From Octopus bimaculoides (taxonomy: Eukaryota), in contig NC_068991.1 in NCBI RefSeq assembly GCF_001194135.2, positions 74,265,466 to 74,329,465 on the forward strand: a stretch of 64,000 nt of DNA, given 5' to 3'. The position numbers were made by a program, and so were the translations under genes. Below are positions 52,843 to 64,000 of this stretch, piece by piece (positions within the stretch are counted from its first letter, which is position 1; each line of letters opens with the position of its first letter). Below the pieces are notes generated by a model. The model was not told the DNA's origin. It saw only the letters and a program-made list of their open reading frames with translations, and made no database searches.

Positions 52843-53506
52843 CATGATGATGATGGTGTGGTGCTGATGATGGCGATGATGATGATGATGGTGTGGTGAT
52901 GACGATGGCGATGATGATGATGATGGTGTGGTGATGATGATGATGATGATAATAGTGGTGGTGGTAGTGGTAGAAATGGGGGAGGTAATTACATACTGAT
53001 GGCGATGATGACGATGACGACGATGATGATGATGGTGAACAGGAGGAGGAATAGGATAAAGGTGATGGTGATGGGGAGGTGCAGTGAGGCGGCGTTCTGT
53101 CCGGGCATTAAATTCTTTTCATCAATGGCTAATTATAAACATGAAGTATCTATTTCTTAGTCCACATCTCTGTCTATCACATCTCTGCTTGTTTGCCACT
53201 ACACACGCACGCGCGCACTATATGCATATATATGCATATATATATATATATATATATANNNNNNNNNNNNNNNNNNNNNNNNNNNNNNNNNNNNNNNNNN
53301 NNNNNNNNNNNNNNNNNNNNNNNNNNNNNNNNNNNNNNNNNNNNNNNNNNNNNNNNNNNNNNNNNNNNNNNNNNNNNNNNNNNNNNNNNNNNNNNNNNNN
53401 NNNNNNNNNNNNNNNNNNNNNNNNNNNNNNNNNNNNNNNNNNNNNNNNNNNNNNNNNNNNNNNNNNNNNTATATCTGTGTGTGTGTATGCATATATATGT
53501 ATGTAT

Positions 53507-53586
53507 TACTATAGCCTCGGGCCGACCAAAGCCTTGTGAGTGGATTTGGTAGACGGAAACTGAAAGAAGCCCGGTGTATATATGTA

Positions 53587-53619
<33 letters not shown>

Positions 53620-53806
53620 TTGTGTGTCTGTGTTTGTCCTCCCCACAACATCGCTTGACGACCGATGGTGGTGTGCTTACGTCCCCGTAACTTAATGGTT
53701 CGGCGAAAGAGACCGATAGAATAAGTCCTGGGGTCGATTTGCTCGACCAAAGGCGGTGCTCCAGCATGGCCGCTGTCAAATGACTGAAACAAGTAAAGGA
53801 TAGAGT
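53507..53806 (+). mobile_element. SINE family B, 3' three-quarters
   Basis: TACTATAGCCTCGGGCCGACC...(TG)n...GGCGGTGCTCCAGCATGGCCG...AAACAAGTAAAG. Confidence 0.9.
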
Positions 53807-54617
53807 AACTGTTAAAGTCTTTCTGATGGGCTTTTACACTATTCCTGTCTCCCTAATTTCACTCACAAGTAGTGGTCGATCCGTGACTATGGAAAGAAAA
53901 AAAAAATGGCCAAAAATGATAAATAGTAAGATTGAACCCGAAACATCTGAATTGTAAAGCGAACTTCTTGTTGACCTGGGGTCTTATCGGTTGCTGTCAC
54001 AAATTTGGAAATTTTAAAATTAAGTGAACTGTTTTTCAAATTTGGTATATTGGTGTAATGTTTCGCTCTAAATCCTCATTTGGTATTTTTTTTTTTAATC
54101 CCAGAAAAATTTTGAAATATGTTGTTGGTATTCAAAGTTTGATAACTTTTAGTCGAATCAGAAAACAAGAATCGGAAACCGGAATTTTCTGCGTGATAGC
54201 TGTCTGTTCACCAAATGCTAGGCAGAAATAACAAAATGGCATCGCTCGTCAAAACTTGTGGTGGTGGTTGCGTTGGTGAGAGTGACACATTAGCGCAGCA
54301 TACATCATCCATGTTACAATAAAAACATGGTAGACTACAGCTTTACTGGTCTCGCAACCATCGGAGCGCGAACCGCCCCTCACGAACACAAGTTCGTGTT
54401 GATGGTTGTGATATATAAAAAGTTTTGAATAGGAATCGGAAAGAGAAGCATGAACACGCAATGCGCATGTGCAGACTGAATTCATAAAACGAAAGAGAAG
54501 AATAAAAATGCAATGTGCATGTCAATGTAAAACGGAAGAAGAAAATAAAACAAGTTACACAATGGTCTGCACGCTACGTCTGACACATCTATCGCGCAGT
54601 CTTGATGCAATTTTCTT

Positions 54618-54631
54618 GTTACTATGGAAAC
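54618..54631. promoter_or_regulatory. RFX X-box motif GTTACTATGGAAAC
   Basis: Consensus match. CCAAT at 54637, ATTGGC at about 54679, NRF1-like TGCGCATGTGCA at about 54462 and CRE TGACGTCA at about 55017 are nearby. Confidence 0.45.
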
Positions 54632-55595
54632 AGATACCAATGTGAGACTCACGGTCATGTGTAAAATGATGATTTTCGATTGGCTAAAATTACGCAAAAT
54701 TTGCAAACTTTATTTCTGTATTCATTTATTTATTTATAACCAAAATGAATTTTCTTTTCGTAATTAGCATACACAACTAAATCGTTATTACCACATTCGA
54801 AAACAATTGGAAGAAAATTTGAAATACTTTCGAAATTCGAAATCTGTAACAACAACCGAAAAGAACCATCATCTGGCCATGCTGCATCCATCTTTAACCA
54901 TTCTTTACATTCAAAGAGGTTTATTTCATGAAGAAATCAGAAAAAAAAAAAGAATAAAGAGAAGGTAGCTCACAATAAAATGGTAGTCGATGCGTGACAT
55001 CACATAACGTGACATGTGACGTCAAAAGGGTCGGACAGTTAGATATGTTAGTGACTAACCAATTATTTTTCAACTTCCCCTAAGTAGGAATTTATAATTA
55101 TGTTGGCAGACGATGCTTATTCGATGATTGTACCCGCACGGAAAAATTGTTGAACTTTACATAATCTTGAATCGTCTTTTGGAGTAAGAATAAAAGTAAT
55201 GGATAAAGAAATAAATTAATAAAGAAAGGAAGAAAGACACAAGGTGACACACCAAGAGGACGTGGTTCTTTTAGGCAGTGCTGCCCTCTTCCGAAACGCA
55301 CCAAGATTAATTGCTAAGATGTTTATCTTTTCTAATGTAAGTTAGGTTTGCATAGGAAGTGTGTGTACAGTATGCTTCCTCTCATAAAGGAATAACTATG
55401 ATTTAGTATATATGTACGTATGTAAATGTACTACGTGTCCCTAAAGTTGAGAATATTTTCGAATTCAGACACTTATATAAATAATGTTTTTACGAATGTC
55501 ACATCTCGTTCTGTATATACTTGCCTTGGTTATTACAGGAGAGCATACACGTATGTATATACGTATATATATATGTGTGCGTATGCATGTATGTA

Positions 55596-55632
<37 letters not shown>

Positions 55633-56536
55633 AGTTAAGTAGTAAACCTTACATCAAAGCTTCAGGTCAATAGTTTATAGCTGTTCTTTACATTACTTCA
55701 ATGTTGTTTCCTAAAGACACACCACACACACACACACACACATATGTATATACACATGCATACAGTGGTGAGAACATATCGTTGACATACTGAAGTCTGA
55801 CTCCGTTTATCTCAACGTATTCGACAAAAAGTCATCGTCCTATTTTAGCAATTTCTGCAGTGCAAATATAAATTCTCTAGAAATTGGCGTTTCTCAAACT
55901 TATACGGAATTTCTCAGTGCCACCCGACCCCAAAAAGACGAGAGGTAAAGTTTACCTCAATGGGATTTGAGCTCAATGTGCAGAGAGGCAGATCAAATAC
56001 AACTAAATATTCTTTCTATCCGATACTCTATCGTTTCTGCCAATTCATCTCTTTTATAGAGGAAGAAGCTCGTTTGGCAATTATTCTCTTTCTTATTCAT
56101 CTGTCTTTCTTTTTCTTTCCATTTTTTGAGATTTTTTTCTTTGTTTCATGCCTTGGAACGAGGCATCACCTTGAAGGCTCGAAGAAATCGTCCGTCGTAT
56201 TTATTTTCAAAGCTTGATACTTATTCTGTCGGCATCTTTTGCCGAACCGCTTATTTACGTCGACGTAAGCATGCCAACACCGGTTCTCAAGCAGTGATCA
56301 TGGGGAGACAAGCACAACCACAAAGATGCACACCCAAACACACACACACACACACACACGCACACACACACACACACACACACATACATACACACACACA
56401 CACATATTAGAAGGTTGATTATTGTGGCCGGTCATAGAGCCACCATTGGTTTCGCATCTACAAACCACTTAGCTCTATAGGTGACTCGTTAGACTCAAAC
56501 GGCTACATACACTTATTCACACACACACAAACAAAC

Positions 56537-56568
<32 letters not shown>

Positions 56569-56716
56569 GCACCCATGTATGCATGTGTGGATAGATAGAT
56601 AGAAAGATAGATACATAGATACATAGATACCTCGCATTAGGTACTAAATGTGGTTATTTTGAGAAGTCCACTGTGTGGCGTTATTATTTTTCTGTAATAA
56701 TGCCCTTTATATAAAT

Positions 56717-56767
<51 letters not shown>

Positions 56768-57109
56768 TCCAGTCATTTATTTATCTGTCACTTCTATATT
56801 TATAAACACTTTTCCTCTTCTCTCTCTCCCTCTCTCCCCCTCTCCCTCTCCCTCCTCTCTCTCATTCTCTCATCGTTGTCGTAGTAATGGTAGCGATGGC
56901 GTTGATAGCACTGTTCGTATTTTTGATTTTGGTGGTTCTTCCAGTGTGTCACGAATGTTGCACAGAAGTAAAGCTACAAAGAACAAACGATGACAGCGCT
57001 TGTTCCTGACAGTGTGCTTCTATCTGTAATCCCTTTATAGAACTACATCATATGATGGCGGCCACGTCAGCAGATATAATTCTTTATAATCATTTTGCGA
57101 ATCGTGGTA

Positions 57110-57494
57110 GTTGTTGTTGGCACTCCGTCGCTTACGACGTCGAGGGTTCCAGTTGATCCGATCAACGGAACAGCCGGCTCGTGAAATTAACGTGCAAGTG
57201 GCTGAGCACTCCACAGACACGTGTACCCTTAACGTAGTTCTCGGGGTATATTCAGCGTGACACAGTGTGACAAGGCTGACCCTTTGAATTACAGACACAA
57301 CAGAAACAGGAAGTAAGAGTGAGAGAAAGTTGTGGTGAAAGAGTACAGTAGGGTTCGCCACCATCCCCTGCCGGAGCCTCGTGGAGCTTTAGGTGTTTTC
57401 GCTCAATAAAAACTCACAACGCCCGGTCTGGGAATCGAAACCGTGATCCTATGACCGCGAGTCCGCTGCCTTAACCACTGGGCCATTGCGCCTC
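57110..57494 (-). mobile_element. SINE family C, full length
   Basis: The minus-strand head GAGGCGCAATGGCCCAGTGGTTAAGG has a perfect A box and GTTTCGATTCCC as B box. The tail is (AAC)n. Confidence 0.9.
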
Positions 57495-57879
57495 CACCGT
57501 GGTAGTTACGCCAGTAATAATTCTCCTCGTCGTGTATTTCTACAAAGAAATGTCCTGTTTGCTATTTTTTGTGTTCTCTGTTCTGTCTCACGTCACAAAT
57601 TCTTCTCTTCAGACACAATACTCGATATGCATTGTGTCTAAACAAACCGGACCAAACTTTCAAACTGTCGGATCTCGTTAAATTGATTCACAAAACGAGC
57701 CCAATTTAATTTTGCTCAGATTGCTTTCAATTTTGGTGTATCGATGCAACTCTGAATTTTGATTACGATCAGCCAATTACTTTATCTCGTAAATTAAAGA
57801 ATCTGATGTCATTTGGAATTAAAGTTGGGAAATTTGGGTAATTTTAGCCAATCAACAGACAGCGAGGCATTAACAGCTT

Positions 57880-57893
57880 GTTACCATGACAAC
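57880..57893. promoter_or_regulatory. RFX X-box motif GTTACCATGACAAC
   Basis: Consensus match with AGCCAATCA (NF-Y box) about 30 bp upstream and a second AGCCAAT about 110 bp upstream. Confidence 0.45.
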
Positions 57894-57932
57894 CGCACGT
57901 TGTGTTGTGTTTCACTTCACGCGCGTCTGTGC

Positions 57933-57984
<52 letters not shown>

Positions 57985-58469
57985 TGCGGGCGTGTATGTA
58001 CGTGTATGTATCTATGTGTGCATGTATGTGTGGGTGTTGCGTGTGAGGAGGTATATGTGCGTTCGTGTTTGTGCGTGTGTTTGTGCGTTCGTGTTTGTGC
58101 GTGTGTTTGTGCGTTCGTGTGTATGTGTGCGTGTGTATGTGTGCATGTGTATGTGTGTAAATGCGTGTGCACACATACACACACAAACAAACAAAAACAC
58201 ACCCACACAATACACACAGAGGTACACATAGATATAGATGTGTGTCCATCGCGTACCAAAAGCTCGAAGGAATGTGTTTACATATTTCTCTCACGGCCAG
58301 ATTTTCTAGTATTTATATACATACATACATACATACATACATACGCACATACAAGCATGCATCTGTATCTATATATGTACGCATAAATGTATGTCTAATA
58401 TTCAAGCACACACACATACACACATACACATATTATTCACACATATATATACATATAAATTATATATAA

Positions 58470-58545
<76 letters not shown>

Positions 58546-58580
58546 AATATATGTATATGTTTTGTACACACACACACATA

Positions 58581-58626
<46 letters not shown>

Positions 58627-59309
58627 TATATATGCGTGCGTGTGTGTGTGTACAAAACGTATGTATTTATTAGTTCGTCACATGTTTTACTATAAGATAA
58701 CTGACACAGAAAGTTTCCTAAATCTCTCTTTTACTCTTATCTCCACCCGAAAGCGGTAAATAAGCTAATCATAACAAGCGCAGGTTGATAATATCTCCAA
58801 ATTTGAAGCATGACGTCACTAAATTTAGCCTCAGCTTTCTGCTCCCGTTCACTTCACTTAAATATTTCATAAACACATTTTATATTAATGTGTTTATGAA
58901 ATATTTCTTTTGCTTTTTCTTCTCTCTCTCCCTCTCTCTCTTCTCAGTCTCTCTCCCCGGTTCCCATACTTTATCGTTACCACATTTCTGTACTGGCCAC
59001 CATACTAGTGAGCCCGAGGAATTGATGTCCGCCATAGTTTTCGTTTTCCTACACTTTCGTATTAATAATTTTGCATTACGACATGCGTTAAGCCTCCCGA
59101 TTTTTCCTTGATGTCCCATCTTTCTCTTCAAAATAACTGAATTTTTCACCAGATGCTATAAGTTTCATTTGATGGGGCCAACGTAAACGTACTCAACGTA
59201 AACGGTCATTGCTAAGCTGTCTGGTTAGAAAATTCGTTTATGATAATATGGAAATGTTATTAAGGTGTTTTGACCAATTAGAGCGTTTATTCATTATACC
59301 TTTCAATAC

Positions 59310-59344
<35 letters not shown>

Positions 59345-59374
59345 GTGTGTGTGTGTGTATGTGTGTATATATGT

Positions 59375-59569
59375 TTGTGTGTCTGTGTTTGTTCCTCCAT
59401 CATCGCTTGACAACCGATGTTTGTGTGTTTACGTTCCCGTAATTTAGCGGTTCGGCAAAAGACACCGATAGAATAAGCACTAGGCTTACAAAGAATAAAC
59501 CCTGGGGGTCGATTTGCTCGACTAAAGGTGGTGCTCCAGCATGGTCGCAGTCAAATGACTGAAACAAAT

Positions 59570-59572
<3 letters not shown>
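59375..59572 (+). mobile_element. SINE family B, 3' part
   Basis: Homologous to 53625-53800. Confidence 0.85.
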
Positions 59573-59600
<28 letters not shown>

Positions 59601-61079
59601 GTGTGTGTGTGTGAGAGAGAGGGGGGGGGGAAGAGAGAAAGAAATAAAAGAATGAGAGAGAGTGATAAAGAGAGAAAGATTTTGATGGACTTACTGATGA
59701 ATTTGCAAAACTAAAACGAAATATGTCTTGGTCAGGAGTGACCAGTAAGAAGCTATTCAGCCGCTATCAATTTCATGCTGTCCAACCAAAATTTGGAATC
59801 CTCCATCCTTCTTGTGTTCTTCTATATGGAGGATAGTCATTTTCACCAGTTTAAATTTCCTTCACAAATGGTCTTGGAAACCGTTTGGCACATTTCGTGT
59901 CTTCTATGTTTGGTGAATTCATGTTACGGGATCCATGGGGTCACTGTAACACACAAGCCACTATAGTCCACTACAGGGCTCTACGAGAACCATGACCCAT
60001 TTGGCTTTTAACAATATTGAATTGTTTGTAAGTGTCTGTAAGTTCGACTTTTCAGCCCATATATATATATTGATATTCATGATATCTCACGACCAGTGTT
60101 TTGTATCTAAAAATTGTGTCAAATAATGGATATGATGAATAAATATCAAATATTTGGATCGGTCAATTGTCCTATGTATATCACAGAATGGCAAAAAGAG
60201 AGGCTTGCTACATGTGCACAAGTTTTGATTTGGTTAATTAATATGATATACTCTGATCGATATAGATCGATACACAAGAAATCTTCCAGTTTCTTGTACA
60301 TCGATCTATATTGATGCATTTATGCGAGAAAAAAACTGTGATAAAAAATTCTTTACACATATTTTTCTTATTTTTTTTATCGAAAAATGATCGAATTTGA
60401 TCTGTCCTGCAATTTCACCCCTTCATTCTCTTTTCTCTCGTTTACACTTCTTTCATTCACTTTTTCTCTTTCTCTCACTCAATAACACACTCACTCATTC
60501 TTTCCAGCACTCCTTATTCACTCAGTCACTCACTCACTCGTTCACCCACTCATTCAGTCACTCACTCTGATTCACTTACTGTCTCACTCATTCACTCACT
60601 TATTCACTCACTCTTTCACTCGCTCTCACTTCCACAGCCTCTCCATCCCCTCCCCTGCTCCATCCCTCATACCCTCTCTCTCTTTCCAACTCATTCTCTT
60701 TGCTTCTTTCTATGTTTGTTCATTGTCAAAACAAACCTACCCCGCTTATCTTTACACAACAATATACTCCCTGCTTTTGCCCACAATTTGATGTTTTCAA
60801 TGCTTTCTAAGAATCCAAAACTTGGAATACAATTCATCCATAAACACTTGCCGATCTATTCAACTCTATTTCATGCTCTGCTGTTCTGGAATAGATTCCA
60901 ACAATAGTCTGGCATAAGATGCACAGAATTCCCGTTTACCAAAGTTGTCAATTCTTTTAAAAGTCTATTCTACATGTCTAGCACTGCAGACATGTAGAAT
61001 AGACTCTTCTGGTTCCTTGTGTATTGATCTTTGGTGATGCGTGTATGCGAAAGATACGTATGAAAGAGAATACATACGA

Positions 61080-61172
<93 letters not shown>

Positions 61173-61369
61173 TGTATATGTGAAAGTTTGTTCGTGCGTG
61201 AGGTTAATAGAGGTATTTGTACTTTGCAGCATACATCTCAATGCATCAAAAAACTAATTATTTTTCATAAGCAATCAAAAATCAATTAGAACTATGACAA
61301 TAATGTCTATAGCGAAAGACATAAACGGAATGGAGTGATTTCGAACATATAATACAAAACACATATTTG

Positions 61370-61401
<32 letters not shown>

Positions 61402-61723
61402 CACTATAGTCTGGGACATAAACTGCGTTTCAGTGCGTTGGAGTTTAAAATTCTGTTAAAATTCCGCTGAAGTCGACTTTGCTTTCATCCTTTCGAGAGC
61501 GACGAAATAAGGACTGGGGTCGATGTAATCGACCAACACTCGTCTCCGAAATTCCTGGCTTTGTGGAAAAATTTGAAGCCAATATTCAATTAAGACGTCG
61601 GGTGTTTGACTAAGCGGTAATGCGAATCTCGATGTAGACAACGTTGAAAATCTAATATTTATTACTGCACACACATGTAACATTATATATGTGTATATAA
61701 CGTGCACTTGCATGTGTGTGCGT

Positions 61724-61757
<34 letters not shown>

Positions 61758-61908
61758 CTGTGTGTGTGTGAGAGAGAGAGTAATATGCATATACGTGTAT
61801 ATATATCTATGCATGTATGTACGTATGTGCGTATGTATGGATTGAATGATGTACACATTTACTTATCTAAGCTGATAAGCATTATATATATACATATATA
61901 TATATTAC

Positions 61909-62038
<130 letters not shown>

Positions 62039-63153
62039 ATGCGTGTGTGTGCGTGTGTGTACGTGTGTGGTACATATGTTTACAGGTTAAATCTCTTATC
62101 TGTGGGACATTGTATTTCTGCAGTCGTTCATGTCAAATATTTTCTTCCGCAAAAATAGACCAACGACTGTCATATCTCGTGATTTCGCACGCATACACTC
62201 ACAGACACGCACACACACTTATGTGTACACACACGCAACACTTGCTTCACGACAGCAAGAACACAAGAAACAGCAGCAACAACCACAACAACAAAAGCAA
62301 CAGCAGCAGCACCAGCAAGCAGCACCACCACCAACGGCAACAGCAGCGTCAGCAAGAACCACAACAACAATAGATATACTTCCTGATAAAGTCTGATAAA
62401 TAATGTATTAGAATTCTAGGCGGAACAGAATTACTGCCATGGCGGCGGCATTGGTTTCCGTTCCTCCATGTTTTACCAATGAAGATTCTGCAAGAATTTT
62501 TACCAAATCATGTTTGGGAATATTTGGCGCCAGATGGAGCAGCTACACTTTCATGGTCGCTATTCTATCGATTTTCCTTGTACACAGTTAATCTTTTTGT
62601 TTGTTGTACATTGGAGAAACTGATAAGTTGTTAGCTTTAAGGATCAACCAAGATCCATCTGTTAGATTCTTATGCGTTTCCGTTATATTCTGTCCGTCTG
62701 TCTGCAGTAAATGACAAGGTGTATTCCTCGGGGATCAGTCGTAATTGAATGTACAAATGTATCAGCACTTAAAGAGGTCATCACCGCAAGACATTGTCTT
62801 GGAAACATTTCATGCTATTTCACACTGTTCGTTCTCACACACAAATACACAAACACGCACACACTTTATAAATATCGTTTTCCTTTAATCTACGCCAGAT
62901 TTCTTTCGTTATTTCTTTGTTCGAATTCTTGTTATTTTGCCTTCAACCAGATCTTCCTTTCGTTCGTCCTCTCCTCAACACTTTTCTTCTCTTTTTCATT
63001 CAACCATACTCTCCAATTCTGTTCGTGCATATCTAACATGCATTCATATATACAAACATGCATATACAAATCTATCTGTCTGTTTGTCTTTCTCTCTGTC
63101 TGTCTGTCTGTCTGTCTGTCTATCGTATTCTATTTCATCTATCGTATTCTATT

Positions 63154-63198
<45 letters not shown>

Positions 63199-63201
63199 GT
63201 A

Positions 63202-63588
63202 GAGGCGCAATGGCCCAGTGGTTAGGGCAGCGAACTCACGGTCGTGGGATCGCGGATTCGATTCCCAGACCGGGCGTTGTGAGTGTTTATTGAGCAAAAA
63301 CACCTAAAGTTCCATGAGGCTCCGGCAGGGGATGGTGGCGAACCCTGCTTTACTTTTTCACCACAATTTTCTCTCACTCTTTCTTCCTGTTTCTGTTGTA
63401 TCTGTATTTCAAAGGGGCCAGCCTTGTCACACTGTGTCACGCTGAATATCCCCGAGAACTGCATTAAGGGTGCACGTGTCTGCGGAGTGCTCAGCCACTT
63501 GCACGTTAATTTCACGAGCAGGCTGTTCCGTTGATCGGATCAACTGGAACCCTCATCGTCGTAACCGACGGAGTGCTACGACGACGAC
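63202..63588 (+). mobile_element. SINE family C, full length
   Basis: A box TGGCCCAGTGG, B box GGATTCGATTCCC, a body matching 57110-57494 and an (ACG)n tail. Confidence 0.9.
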
Positions 63589-63643
<55 letters not shown>

Positions 63644-63714
63644 CCTACCTACCTACCTACCTACATACATACCTATTTGTCTATCTGAAATCGTATGTGT
63701 GTGTCTGTGTGTGT

Positions 63715-63870
63715 ATACGACGGGCTTTTAGTTTCCTATCAAATCCACTTACAAGGCTTTGGTCGGCCTCAGGTTATAGTAGAAGACACGTGCCCAAGGT
63801 GCCACGCAGTGGGACTGAACACTGAACCGTGTGGTTGGGAAGAAAGCTTCTTACCACACAGCCATGCCTG
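63715..63870 (-). mobile_element. SINE family B, 5' half
   Basis: CCCAAGGTGCCACGCAGTGGGACTGAAC...TTACCACACAGCCA. Confidence 0.85.
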
Positions 63871-64000
63871 AAAAAAAAAAGAAAAGAAAAAAAGAAAAAG
63901 GGAAGCAAAAAGTTTTAAAAAAACAAACCCAGAGAATAGAGAAAACGTGTGATGACGGCTTCAAAGAGCGACTTTAATCATAAATCTGAACAATCAGAAA

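Noticed and set aside
58960-59035. Minus-strand MADINSSGSL possible first exon
   Set aside because: The start context is plausible, but the donor is ambiguous and the peptide is not recognisable.
59790-59880. KLVKMTILHIEEHKKDGGFQI (minus strand), resembling the L1/Tx1 'L..PK..GGL' motif
   Set aside because: Weak similarity flanked by stop codons; it cannot be supported without a search.
62439-62591. 50-aa ORF with a perfect Kozak context (GCCATGG)
   Set aside because: No homology, splice donor or promoter evidence; compatible with chance.
63202-63277. tRNA gene
   Set aside because: The A and B boxes are present, but it is the head of SINE family C. It continues into the SINE body and lacks a proper acceptor stem.

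Overview
AT-rich, repeat-dense animal genomic DNA with about 17 N-gaps (e.g. 8574-9389, 10669-11428, 37059-37982), most of them flanked by (TA)n/(TG)n/(TATG)n microsatellites. The microsatellite spectrum and three recurring tRNA-derived SINE families suggest an octopus-type cephalopod assembly; this is my inference, not a database match. I found no recognisable host protein-coding gene. Nearly all long ORFs in the supplied track are artefacts of microsatellites or N-runs. Supportable features are: many SINE copies (labelled families A, B and C here); decayed transposase fragments (hAT, mariner DD34D, maT/DD37D); RTE-clade LINE fragments; a Penelope-like ORF remnant; several MITE/foldback elements; and one well-signalled 42-nt candidate exon. 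The most notable observations are four. (1) A 391-bp TSD-flanked foldback insertion carries two divergent minimal dimer-type hammerhead ribozymes, and a third hammerhead sits at 2319-2353. (2) An array of short palindromes at 10370-11666 is centred on STAT GAS sites. (3) Three near-consensus RFX X-boxes lie in motif-rich non-repetitive islands. (4) A nested palindrome at 22988-23373 has a loop-less 58-bp core.
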